Source: Candidatus Wolframiiraptor gerlachensis (GTDB taxonomy: Archaea > Thermoproteota > Nitrososphaeria_A > Caldarchaeales > Wolframiiraptoraceae). Taken from it: a DNA stretch of 46,995 bases. Below the pieces are notes generated by a model that did not search any database, was not told where the DNA came from, and was given only the letters and a program-made list of their open reading frames with translations. Positions 28,853 through 37,817 of the stretch are shown here, piece after piece. Position numbers and translations under genes: made by a program. The stretch's first letter is position 1. Every line of letters begins with the position of its first letter. Where the stretch lies: assembly GCA_021323375.2 (NCBI GenBank), contig JAJPCT020000003.1, positions 1-46,995 on the forward strand, given 5' to 3'.

Positions 28853-29800
28853 TTATTCAGCAACCTCGCTCAAGAAGATCGAGGAGGCCTCTTTCATATT
28901 CCTCAAAATATCTTTAACTATGTCCAGAGGTGTTCCTCTAAATCCGCAATCAGGGTGAAGGTATGCGACGTTTTCAATGCCCACCTTATCGGAAATGATA
29001 CTTAATCTTCTTAGGGGCTCTCTCGACAGGCTCAACCTCGGTATTTGAGATGAATCCTGCTCCCAGCTTTTTCCATGCTCCTCAAAAACCTCCCGAGAGC
29101 ATCTGAAGATTCCTTTCCTCCCTCCTGCCGCTGAAGGCTAGGCTTAAAACATCCATCTGAAGCTTTAATAGCATATCATATATAAGTCATATATAAGTTT
29201 GGGATATCGCTTAAAGAACCGCATACATGTAGAATTACCTCTTTCTCGGACTTTATGCCCCCGAAGAATTCGTCAAGAATACGGCCAGCGATTCCGGGTG
29301 GAAGAAATCTGCCAGGAGCCCCGGCTCATCCACCTGGATATAGCATCCTATCTTCACAGCCTTCTCGATCAAAGGATTAAGGACGTATGCTAGGTCAAGG
29401 TAAAGCCTCTCATCAAGAATGCTACTATAGGGGCCGAGGCCCCCCATACCATATGTAAAGCCCAAGGTAATAGGTCCCGTTACAGTAACTTTAACCTCCA
29501 CACCCCTCACCCCGAGACTCTCCAAGTACTCAAGCACTTTCCTGCAATCGCTTATCTTTGGGAAATTATCCAAATCTTCTACAGGCTTTATTTTGCCTAT
29601 TATCGCGGGCCTCCCAAATCGCCTCCCAAGGCCCGGAATCTGCTCAAAATAGTCTATAATGTTTCCTCGCTGCTCCCCATCTGTTACAACCTGTATACCA
29701 TACTTGAGTTGAAGATCAACAGCCATTTTATAGCGCCATCAAGACCTAGTTCAGCTATTCTGCTGGGAAAGCTGCCTATCACAGTCCTCTTCGGAGGCAT
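28853..29800 (-). pseudogene. Frameshifted cobalamin-independent methionine synthase (MetE C-domain type)
   Basis: TVIGSFP, VTDGEQRG, VTGPITL, IQVDEPG, LHVCG and HPDCGFR occur in different frames; at least 4 indels. Confidence 0.85.
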
Positions 29801-29895
29801 GTTGCACCCAAAGCAGTTTTATGCCCCGATAAAAAACAGTTCTCCAAGCCTCAATGCTCAAAATCGACTTACATATTTGAGATTGAGTTGATGTA

Positions 29896-29970
29896 TGGGC
29901 CCGCCGGGATTTGAACCCGGGACCTCCGGCTCCGAAGGCCGACGCCCTATCCAAGCTAGGCCACGGGCCC
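29896..29970 (-). tRNA. tRNA-Arg (anticodon TCG), no intron, CCA not encoded
   Basis: GGGCCCG acceptor stem, D-loop, TCGGC-CTTCGGA-GCCGG anticodon arm, GGTTCAAATCC T-loop. Confidence 0.96.
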
Positions 29971-30079
29971 AAAAAAGCAGTGAGACGCTCCTCTATTGAC
30001 TTTTTCTTGAGCCTAGGAGTAAGTCTTGACAATTTCTTGGGTATAACTTCAAGAGAATTTGAGAATGTAGTTTTATTTT

Positions 30080-30847
30080 ATGCCTGATTCATCTTTTCCT
30101 TCTGAGCTAATGAGTAGGGCATTTAGAAAGTCCAATAACATGGCGATTAGCCTCTCGACGGATGCTGGGTCGGTTATAGTCGATGTTCTTAAGGTTCTTA
30201 AGCTAAAGTATGATTATAAGGCTCTATCCAAGATTACGGGATTCCCGATCTCGACGCTCACTCGATATATTACTGGGAAAACGGCTCCTAGGGGATCTAA
30301 GGCTGAGAGGCTCCTAAGAAACACCCTGAACAATATTAATCTCCCTGCTTTTATCGCGGAGTATTCTGGTTTCGATGGCGGACGCCTAGACTTGGCGAAG
30401 ATCATGTTAAACCCGAATCTCGTGAAAATTATTGGAGCATATGTTCTTGAAGAGTTCGCTGGTATGAAGATAACATCGATAATGCCATTGGATATTCTGA
30501 GTCTCCCCCTGGCCAGCTATCTCTCGATAACAACCTCGAGGCCTCTTCACCTAGTATCTCCTCTCCCCATCTCATCTCCAGATCATTTAATGCCCTTAAT
30601 TTTCTCGGATGATGGCGGCGATGCTAGGGCCTACTGGCTCCTCCTTAGGAAGAACTGTAATAGGGAGAGCATCCTGTTCCTGAGTAGTAGGACTCCTGAG
30701 CCATGCTTCTTCAACAAGCTTGTCGAGAGGCTTATGGATGAGAAGATGGAGATAGGCGGGCTTTTCATGGTTGCTGCGAGAGAGGAGTTGTTGGGGGAGC
30801 TTAGGGTCCCGCCCGGGGTTAAGAGATCCTACCTGCTAGTGATATAA
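30080..30847 (+). CDS. HTH plus degenerate phosphoribosyltransferase-fold regulator (PurR-like)
   Basis: YKALSKITGFPISTLTRYITGKTAP HTH; PRT-like C-domain lacks VDD. Confidence 0.7.
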   Translation: MPDSSFPSELMSRAFRKSNNMAISLSTDAGSVIVDVLKVLKLKYDYKALSKITGFPISTLTRYITGKTAPRGSKAERLLRNTLNNINLPAFIAEYSGFDGGRLDLAKIMLNPNLVKIIGAYVLEEFAGMKITSIMPLDILSLPLASYLSITTSRPLHLVSPLPISSPDHLMPLIFSDDGGDARAYWLLLRKNCNRESILFLSSRTPEPCFFNKLVERLMDEKMEIGGLFMVAAREELLGELRVPPGVKRSYLLVI

Positions 30848-30851
30848 GCCT

Positions 30852-31178
30852 CTAGGCGTATTCTCTCCAAGTATGGCCGCATTTCCTGCATCGGAAGAAT
30901 TGGGTCATCGGCTCATCCGCGGACCTAGTCTGGATAGACCAGTAGTAGGCTTCTCTCGCCCCGCAGTTGGGGCAGACCACCTCACTCGTGACCGGTAGAA
31001 CCTTCTCCTCCTCTTCCTTCTCAAGCACCATCACGGCGGCGCCAGTCTTCTTCCTCACCTTCGTATAGACTATTCCTCCTTGGATCGATTTCTCGTACCC
31101 GCATTTCGGGCAGACCCAAGCGGGCTTACTCGTCCTCCTCAGGACCATTATCTTGCCGCATTTTGGGCAGAGCTCCAC
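30852..31178 (-). CDS. tfs: Transcription factor S
   Basis: CPKCG..CPKCG; CPNCG...QTRSADEPMTQFFRCRKCGHTWREY. A GTG start after GGAGGTG is more likely than 31250. Confidence 0.95.
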   Translation of the reverse strand: MELCPKCGKIMVLRRTSKPAWVCPKCGYEKSIQGGIVYTKVRKKTGAAVMVLEKEEEEKVLPVTSEVVCPNCGAREAYYWSIQTRSADEPMTQFFRCRKCGHTWREYA

Positions 31179-31236
31179 GCCCTCTGCACCTCCCATGCGG
31201 TCGAGTTCTCCTCTAATTAAGTTTCCCTCCACCTCC

Positions 31237-31512
31237 CTAGAGCCTCTCAAACTCCCTTCTAAGCTCGGCTGAGATCTCTTTTAGCTCTTGGATCGCCTTT
31301 TTAACGGCGTCGACCGCCTTCAGCTTTCCCGCACCGGTCTTAACCCTGAGAATTATTTTCTTGGTCAGCGGGTGTTCCATCACTGCGCCGGAATACTCCA
31401 CCCCATCAATTTTTTGCAAGATCTCGCTTAGGGAGTCGAGCACGCCTATATCCTCCTCAAGCACCTCAAGCTCCAAGTAATCATCCCTATACGTGAGGAT
31501 TCTGAGTTTCAG
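31237..31512 (-). CDS. rpoL: RNA polymerase subunit L (Rpo11)
   Basis: LKLRILT...LELEV...GVEYSG..MEHPL...LRVKT; conserved csl4-rpoL-tfs order; probable CTG start. Confidence 0.88.
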   Translation of the reverse strand: MKLRILTYRDDYLELEVLEEDIGVLDSLSEILQKIDGVEYSGAVMEHPLTKKIILRVKTGAGKLKAVDAVKKAIQELKEISAELRREFERL

Positions 31513-32099
31513 CTCGGCATCACCTCTAACACCGAGGCTATTCGCTCCATATTCCCATAGAATGGGACGATTTTACGTTTATGTCTCTCCCCGCACTTGG
31601 GGCAGACTAGCCCTATTTTCGCCTTGTTCAAAATGCTCGAGCACTTGTCGCATATGCCGAGAACGACTCCGAGGTTCGGCTTCCAGATCGAGACACCTAT
31701 TATCCCCATGAACTGGGTTATCACTTGGGCTATGATTATGTCTCCAACCCCAACCACGTCCTTCATATCCTCCTTCATCCCTTTTCTCGGGATGATCACA
31801 GCGGTTTTCGGGTGTTTGAGGGCGCGGCCGCCGGCGGACAATATCGTCACGATGGCTATCTTGTCTTGGATGCTCCTCACTTGGGCTATAACCTGGTCGC
31901 CGACCTTGATTGATTGAGCAGGCTTAATGGGCTTTACATTAACAATCCGCTTGGACTTATCATAGGAGGCGACGCCTAGCACCTTTGCGACAACTCTCCC
32001 CCGGCTGTCTAAACTGGTATTATCGCCAGGGCTAAACTCCTCTTGGATGCAAAGGGGCTCCCCGGGGGTCACTACTTCGCCATCTTTAACGAAGACCAT
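31509..32099 (-). CDS. csl4: Exosome complex RNA-binding protein Csl4
   Basis: VTPGEPL..EEF.PG, S1 domain, LGVV..CDKC...CPKCG..RKI. Confidence 0.93.
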   Translation of the reverse strand: MVFVKDGEVVTPGEPLCIQEEFSPGDNTSLDSRGRVVAKVLGVASYDKSKRIVNVKPIKPAQSIKVGDQVIAQVRSIQDKIAIVTILSAGGRALKHPKTAVIIPRKGMKEDMKDVVGVGDIIIAQVITQFMGIIGVSIWKPNLGVVLGICDKCSSILNKAKIGLVCPKCGERHKRKIVPFYGNMERIASVLEVMPS

Positions 32100-33123
32100 G
32101 ATACTCCACCTCCATCATGAGATATCTCGGGCTCCTGACCACCTCCCCCCACCTAACTCTCCCAAGCATTATGAGGGCTTCTGCGGGGAGTAGGAGCGGC
32201 AGCTTGATGCGCTCCTGATCCTCTATTGAGAGCCTTGGACACGCAGTATTGATGAAGGCCTCGAGCCCGCTATCTCTCAGCATTTCAATATCTACATCAT
32301 CCATTATAAGTATCTCCGCCCTCTTATCAGCCCCATCCAAGAGCTTCTTAAGCTTCATGGCGCATTGCATCCTAAGCTGCCCCGGCTTGACGCTCACGAT
32401 AATTCCCATCCTCCTAGCCTTTCGAGCCCTCTCAATATACCCGTATCTCGATCTCAAAAGTCTCTCTACCTCGGCGTTTAGACCGTCCAAGACTCCCAGC
32501 TCCGGGTCTAGGTAGTAGACGGGTTTCTCGGTCTGGAGGCCGAGGCCAAGGCCGTGAAACCTGCTACCGATGATGAGGTAACTTTCGACCTTGCTCGAGA
32601 GCTGTAGGAGGGGCCGGTAGGCGCAGCCTAGGACCTGGCCTTCGTATTTGAGGGGACGGGTGGGGGGCCCCGTGAGCGTGATCACGCCATGTCTTTCTAG
32701 GAGTAGCTTGACTTGGTCGAGGTGGTCGAGCCATTGGATCGTCGCGCCCAGCCCGATCCTCTCATACCCCTCTAGCGCGCTTATGCCCCTCTCAAGGGTC
32801 CTTAGAAGCGGCTCGGGATCACCCCTCCTACACTCAAGATATAGCGTTGGCATGGGGTCCTCGTCCAAGAATCTAGCATGGCCCAAGTGTATTATTCCAT
32901 CGGCGCCCACCGCCCGAGCATGTGCTACTGCTAGGTCGCATCCGCCCCAGCATCCACCTCCGTGAAGCAAAGCTTCTTCAAGGCTTGATGAAAGCTCTTC
33001 AATGAGCTTGCTGGCGATATTGCGAAGCCCGGGCGGAGCCTGTACGAGAACCCTTTTGACGCGGTTCTCCCTTATCCAGTCCCTGGCCAGCTCCAACTCC
33101 ACTTTATAGCCGCTAATCAGCAT
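32086..33123 (-). CDS. dph2: Diphthamide biosynthesis enzyme Dph2
   Basis: QAPPGL, CWGGCD, HLGH, GQVLGC, KPGQ, TACPR. Confidence 0.93.
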   Translation of the reverse strand: MLISGYKVELELARDWIRENRVKRVLVQAPPGLRNIASKLIEELSSSLEEALLHGGGCWGGCDLAVAHARAVGADGIIHLGHARFLDEDPMPTLYLECRRGDPEPLLRTLERGISALEGYERIGLGATIQWLDHLDQVKLLLERHGVITLTGPPTRPLKYEGQVLGCAYRPLLQLSSKVESYLIIGSRFHGLGLGLQTEKPVYYLDPELGVLDGLNAEVERLLRSRYGYIERARKARRMGIIVSVKPGQLRMQCAMKLKKLLDGADKRAEILIMDDVDIEMLRDSGLEAFINTACPRLSIEDQERIKLPLLLPAEALIMLGRVRWGEVVRSPRYLMMEVEYHGLR

Positions 33124-33211
33124 TCATATACATCTTGGAGCCAACTACCTAACATACATATCTACTGGGATTGAAGGCGGAGCCATGGTGAAGGCGGTAG
33201 AATGAAGGCGA

Positions 33212-33336
33212 GCTGAGAGAGGGGTGGGATAAAACTGATACCGAGCTACAACGGAGTCTATGGCAGAATAACTCTAGAGGAAGAGCGGGGCACCGGGGAG
33301 ATAGGCGCTAAACGCCTCATAAGGCTCGAGGACTAC
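33212..33336 (+). repeat. Diverged duplicate of the endoQ 3' end (approx. 26625-26745)
   Basis: IKLIPSYNGVYGRITLEEERGTGEIGAKRLIRLEDY vs EndoQ IKLIPGYDGVYGKIVLEEERDAWEIGAKRFTRLEDY. Confidence 0.88.
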
Positions 33337-33410
33337 CGGAAATACTCTTCTTTGGACTTCTATTTACACCTTACATCCTTAAGAGGATAAAAATAGAGGT
33401 GTGGAGGTGG

Positions 33411-33538
33411 GCTGGCCGACGAGCCATCGTAGCTAGGGGTTGGCGGGATTCAATATCTAGCCACCACGGAGGATCCTCCGTGGCGGGAATGCTGATTGTG
33501 CCACCAACCCCTCATAGCTTTTACTGCCGCCGGCCAGC
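33411..33538 (-). ncRNA. Putative structured guide-like RNA downstream of the RuvC-Nop gene
   Basis: Three nested stems whose single mismatches are all G-U pairs on the minus strand; two 9-nt segments in the repeated frame UGGUGGC-N9-AWUCCCGCCA; pyrimidine/T-rich tract follows. Confidence 0.65.
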
Positions 33539-34393
33539 ATGTGTTGTCTCTGCTGCCACGCCTTCTTCAAGATCTTCAGTATTTTCAGTTGCAACCTATA
33601 AATCTTCTTCTTAGGCGACAGGCCCTCTAGGTCTTTTAGAAGCTCTGCGCCAGCTCCATATCTTTTCTTTTTATTGATAAATATTTGTTGCGAGCCTTGA
33701 AAGATGTGCACGTAGTCTATGATTATAGCTTTTGCTCCTGCATGGTATTAGGCCCAGCAGGCCATATAGTCTGCTAAGCTTTCGGTTCAACGGCAACCTC
33801 ACCACAAGTATCGCGACCTCAACGCTATCCTTAACACTCATCATATCACATGCCCGTCTGTATATCGCCGTGTAATCCTCATCCTTCATAACCTCCTCGA
33901 TTATTTTACGTCCATAATGTTCTTGTATAGAGCAGATCTCTTTACCATATTTTTTGAAGGGGGTCTGTGGGTAAGTGTTTGCCATTGTCGTATGAGCTTC
34001 TTCCATCCCGCATATCTCTCATACATGTTAATGAGCTGTAGTAGCCTCAACTCCCTGAGCGTTAGCGGCCTGAAATGGTTTCTTGGAATAGTGCTCAAAA
34101 GCTTTGCATCAGCCTCATCAGACTTCTCAACCCCATTCTCCTCCCTCAACCTCTTAAGCAACCTAAGGTTCTTCAATGAAAATATCTTGACGTTCCTCTC
34201 AATCAGCTCCATCAACTCCCCCATAGATTTGCGGGAACAACGCGTCAATGTATATCTCGCCGGCATCCTCCAGCTCGGTTAATCTTTTCACCCTGAATAC
34301 CTTGTCCCCGTCGAAGACTACATGCGTATTATGCTTCCCCCGCTTCTTCCTGTCGGCTGGAATCGCTACATCAACATAGTAAACCCTAGCCAT
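33520..34393 (-). pseudogene. IS110/TasR-like RuvC (DEDD-type) + coiled-coil + Nop-like protein, frameshifted (about 290 aa reconstructed)
   Basis: YYVDVA...EIYIDA...KSDEADAKLL, then LYGLLGLIP..YNHRLRAHL; four ORF pieces joined by indels near 34220, 33970 and 33678. Confidence 0.7.
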
Positions 34394-34411
34394 CCACATC
34401 ACCTCCCTCCA

Positions 34412-34729
34412 TCAACATCCCATGATGTCGAGGACATCCTGCTCACCCCACCAGCTAACAGCTTGATCGAGCACCTCGTATATCTCATGCTTCAGCCTCT
34501 CCATCAACATATTACCAAGAAACTTGGCGTAAAACTGGCAGAACTCAAGGACATTATTCCTGATCTTCGCGTAATCAGCCAACTTGACCCTAAAATCTAT
34601 CTCCGGGTTGGCTAAGAGGTCAAGGAAAGAGTCAATGCAGTCGAGCATATACTTGAATTCTTGGGCGGCGCCCGGGCCGAGCTCCGCGAACGCATCAGAA
34701 TATCTCTGCTCTATATCCCTCGCCGCCAT
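34412..34729 (-). CDS. Small acidic helical hypothetical protein, upstream partner of the RuvC-Nop gene
   Basis: Intact 105-aa ORF from ATG 34729; GGAGGGAGGTG RBS links it to the next gene. Confidence 0.65.
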   Translation of the reverse strand: MAARDIEQRYSDAFAELGPGAAQEFKYMLDCIDSFLDLLANPEIDFRVKLADYAKIRNNVLEFCQFYAKFLGNMLMERLKHEIYEVLDQAVSWWGEQDVLDIMGC

Positions 34730-34864
34730 CCGTGTAGAAACAGATCCTCTACTGAAAAACATTTGGCCTTGTGGAGAGGCTTTAAAGGCCGCCCTTTGTA
34801 TCATGCTGGGAGAGCCGGGGGTGGAGTGTCTTATTCGGGTGGCGGGCGCGGGTGCCGTGGAAGT

Positions 34865-35413
34865 ATGAGCGGCATCAGGTATAGGATAATTCGGAGGCGG
34901 GTGAAGTATCCTCGGCTTGAGATCTGGGGTAATGAGATCTGGATTATCGTGCCGGGTAATGTGGATCCATGGAGGGTGGTGAGGCAGAATAGGGAGTGGC
35001 TTATTAGGCAGATAGAGATCGCGAGGAGGGCGGCTGAGCTCTCAGGGAAAATCGAGCTCGTGCCGAGAACTAGGAGGAAGTTCAGATCTTTGATTGAGAG
35101 GGTTGTGCAAGAGTATGCTGAGGAGCTGGGGGTCGAGGTGAACAGGATATTCGTGAGGAGAGTTAAGTCCGCGTGGGGGAGCTGTAGCGGGAGAGGAAAC
35201 ATCACGATAAATGCTGCGGCTCAGTGGCTTCCCGAGAGGCTGGTGAGATACATCGCCTATCATGAGGTCTGCCATCTCAGGAGATGGAGGCACGATAGGG
35301 AGTTTGAAAGGCTCGTGAGGGAGAAGTTTCCCGACCACGAGGATCTGGATCTCCAGCTCCAAGCATACTGGATCAAGCTGAGAGAGCAGGATAAGGCGTG
35401 CAGCAAATCCTAG
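34865..35413 (+). CDS. YgjP/DUF45 (SprT-like, M48) metallopeptidase-fold protein
   Basis: SAWGSCS, YIAYHEVCH, HDREF. Confidence 0.88.
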   Translation: MSGIRYRIIRRRVKYPRLEIWGNEIWIIVPGNVDPWRVVRQNREWLIRQIEIARRAAELSGKIELVPRTRRKFRSLIERVVQEYAEELGVEVNRIFVRRVKSAWGSCSGRGNITINAAAQWLPERLVRYIAYHEVCHLRRWRHDREFERLVREKFPDHEDLDLQLQAYWIKLREQDKACSKS

Positions 35414-35610
35414 AGCTCCTTGACCCGTTTTCTCCCATGTCTAGTATTCTTCATGTTTCTTGCTTGAATTAGGTTGCGGTTCATCTTCATTCTTGATTTG
35501 CCGACAGGGTAGCCCATCCCCACTACATCCCAATCACGCGGAAGATAACCTTTCCGCCCTCCTCGGTGATATAGCTATATTCCGGCCTCGGACTAGAAGC
35601 TCTCGACGCG

Positions 35611-36429
35611 ATGCATAAGCTCGGCTTCCCAATATGGTATGGGTATGGCTTGGAGATCAGCCGGATAGTCGAAGAGGCTCGTGAGACGGGTTTTGACTAT
35701 ATCGAGGTTAGCATTGATCATCCGTGGCCGCGGGGCGGCGAGCCGAGCCTAGCTGGTGTTGTCAGGGTGATTAGGGGCTCCGGCCTATCCATCGGCTTCC
35801 ATGCTCCTTGGAGAGATCTCAGGCTCTCCTCCCCGTTTGAGGAGGTTCGGGAGGCCTCGATCAGGGTCTTCGAGAGGATAGCATCAGATCTCTCGGCCCA
35901 TGAATGTGATTATCTCGTCGCCCATCTCTCAACGGATCAGGCAGTTGATAGGATTAATGAGATCCGGGATGAGGTTGTAAAAGCGGCGGTAAAGTCTGTT
36001 GAAACGCTGACCGGGATATGTAGAGACCTCGGCCTCATACTCCTAGTGGAGAATGTCCGCGAGGACTTGGAGATGTTTGAGAGGGTCGCGTCGAGGGCTG
36101 ATGGGGTCTGCCTCGACATCGGCCACGTGATAATCTCCACGCACAAGAGGCATGGGAGGGAAAGCGTTGACGCGGAGCTCGAGAGATGGATGAGATCGCT
36201 GAAGGATAGGATCATGGCGATACATTACAGCGGCGTCAGGTTTGATGGAAAATACGCGCGTGATCACCAACTGACCAATAGCTCAGACAAGTATCTGCGT
36301 CTTCTAAAGAATCATCTCGGAGAACTAAGGCCACGCTATATCCTCTTCGAGGTCTTTGAGGGCTTGAACGAGGAGCATGCATGGCCGAGACAGCTCGCAG
36401 ACGCCCTCCACTTCCTCAGAAGCCCATAG
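35611..36429 (+). CDS. Sugar phosphate isomerase/epimerase (AP endonuclease 2 TIM barrel) family
   Basis: GFDYIE, HAPW, LVEN, CLDIGH, DH, FE. Confidence 0.85.
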   Translation: MHKLGFPIWYGYGLEISRIVEEARETGFDYIEVSIDHPWPRGGEPSLAGVVRVIRGSGLSIGFHAPWRDLRLSSPFEEVREASIRVFERIASDLSAHECDYLVAHLSTDQAVDRINEIRDEVVKAAVKSVETLTGICRDLGLILLVENVREDLEMFERVASRADGVCLDIGHVIISTHKRHGRESVDAELERWMRSLKDRIMAIHYSGVRFDGKYARDHQLTNSSDKYLRLLKNHLGELRPRYILFEVFEGLNEEHAWPRQLADALHFLRSP

Positions 36430-36475
36430 AAGGTTTCAATCATTTAAATCTCCTGCAAGAGTGATTACCCCCCAG

Positions 36476-37126
36476 ATGTCGAGCAGAAGCGAGGTCCTTG
36501 AAGAGTTTTTCATATCGCTTCAGGAGGCCATGTGGAGAATTCTTTCGAGAAGCTGGGAGAGTGTTGAGCTCAGGGATCTTAGGAGGATTGCGGCGGCTGA
36601 TGTCGCGTATAGAGGTGATCTGGCGCTAGCGGTCGCGATATGCTGGGATCTGGAGAGGGGGGAGCCTGTGGAGGAGAAGTGGCTGGCATGTGAGGCCCTA
36701 TATCCCTATGTCCCAGGTCTCCTCTTCCTCAGAGAGGCGCCGCCGATGCTGAGGGCAGTCAAGCTGCTGGAACATGAGTGGAGTCTCCTCCTCGTTAATG
36801 GGCATGGACTTCTTCATCCGCGGAGAATGGGTCTCGCGGTGATCTTGGGCCTCGTCCTCGGCAAGCCGGCACTAGGTGTCGCCAAGTCGCTACTAGTCGG
36901 TGTTGAGGGCCCTGGGGAAGATTGGGGGCCGGTCGAGGTCTCGGGCGAGATCCTAGGCTACTGGTTCAAGACTAGAAGTGGTGGAAAGTTTTACGTGAGC
37001 CCGGGCTATCTGCTGACCGTGGATCAGGTCCCCGAGCTGGTCAGAATCCTCGGATCAAGGTATCCTGAGCCGCTTGCTTATGCTGATAAGCTCTCGAAAA
37101 GGCTTGCTAGGAGCCTGTCTCCGTGA
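36476..37126 (+). CDS. nfi: Endonuclease V
   Basis: AADVAY, PYVPGLLFLRE, HPRRMGLA, GVAKS, YVSPG, PEPL. Confidence 0.92.
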   Translation: MSSRSEVLEEFFISLQEAMWRILSRSWESVELRDLRRIAAADVAYRGDLALAVAICWDLERGEPVEEKWLACEALYPYVPGLLFLREAPPMLRAVKLLEHEWSLLLVNGHGLLHPRRMGLAVILGLVLGKPALGVAKSLLVGVEGPGEDWGPVEVSGEILGYWFKTRSGGKFYVSPGYLLTVDQVPELVRILGSRYPEPLAYADKLSKRLARSLSP

Positions 37127-37673
37127 TCCTGCTATGCTCCCCTCTTTTTTGCGCCGCGATCGCACTCGCCTCCTCCAAGATCTTCCGGGCCTCATCGCTC
37201 AGCTTGGTCTCAGCGATCGTGGACCCGTGGAAGGTCCCGACCTCAACCGAGAGATCCTCCATCATGTTCACGAGCCTGTCAAGCTCATCGGATGCGGTTG
37301 GCGCGATGCCGCGAATCTCTTGGCTCGCCGCTGCCAACACGTCCTTCAGCGGAAGGACGACCCTGCCAGCATCCTGCAGATCCTTGACAGCCTCGATCCT
37401 GTATAGCACGCCTTCGAGGAGCAGGTTTGCATGGACAAGCCTTCTAAGGGCCTTCCTCAGCTCGGCGAGCTCCTCCGCATATATCGCCGCCCTCTCGCGA
37501 TCCCTCTCCATGTGGGCCCTGACAACCTGCTCGAAGAGCTCCCTCTCCCTCGCCTCGATATCCCTAACCCTTCTCGATAACCTGGCCCTGATGATGCTGA
37601 CGGAGTCAATTATCTCGTTTGGTTTAATCTCCCTCTTCTCGGCCTTCCTCCGCCTCCAGAATGCCAGCCGCAT
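37107..37673 (-). CDS. ESCRT-III/Snf7 family CdvB-like protein
   Basis: ERELFEQVV...ERAAIYAEELAELRK...LEGV..RIEAV...EARKILEEA. Confidence 0.9.
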   Translation of the reverse strand: MRLAFWRRRKAEKREIKPNEIIDSVSIIRARLSRRVRDIEARERELFEQVVRAHMERDRERAAIYAEELAELRKALRRLVHANLLLEGVLYRIEAVKDLQDAGRVVLPLKDVLAAASQEIRGIAPTASDELDRLVNMMEDLSVEVGTFHGSTIAETKLSDEARKILEEASAIAAQKRGEHSRITETGS

Positions 37674-37817
37674 CCCTTCAACCCACGCCCAAGCCGCCTA
37701 GAAATAACTTCCCAGCCCAGGCTCAACAGGATATGACCTCTACTATCTCTTCGAGAATACTTGCGGAACATCGGCTACGCCAGTTTTTAAGGTGGCTGGG
37801 GGAAGATCGGATGGGCC

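Noticed and set aside
29751-30032. 93-aa minus-strand ORF
   Set aside because: It reads through tRNA-Arg and the metE-like 5' end; spurious.
29896-33400. Integrated element at tRNA-Arg
   Set aside because: No integrase and no duplicated tRNA 3' end seen; the flanking genes are core housekeeping.
33441-33506. CRISPR mini-array
   Set aside because: Only two units with 9-nt variable parts and no cas genes; far too short for CRISPR spacers.
33520-34393. Canonical active IS110 or TnpB element
   Set aside because: Multiple frameshifts, no clear SG catalytic loop, no TnpB Zn finger and no element ends identified; kept only as IS110/TasR-like.
35410-35520. Short basic minus-strand ORF (MGYPVGKSR...)
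   Set aside because: About 35 aa with no recognisable motif; not supportable.
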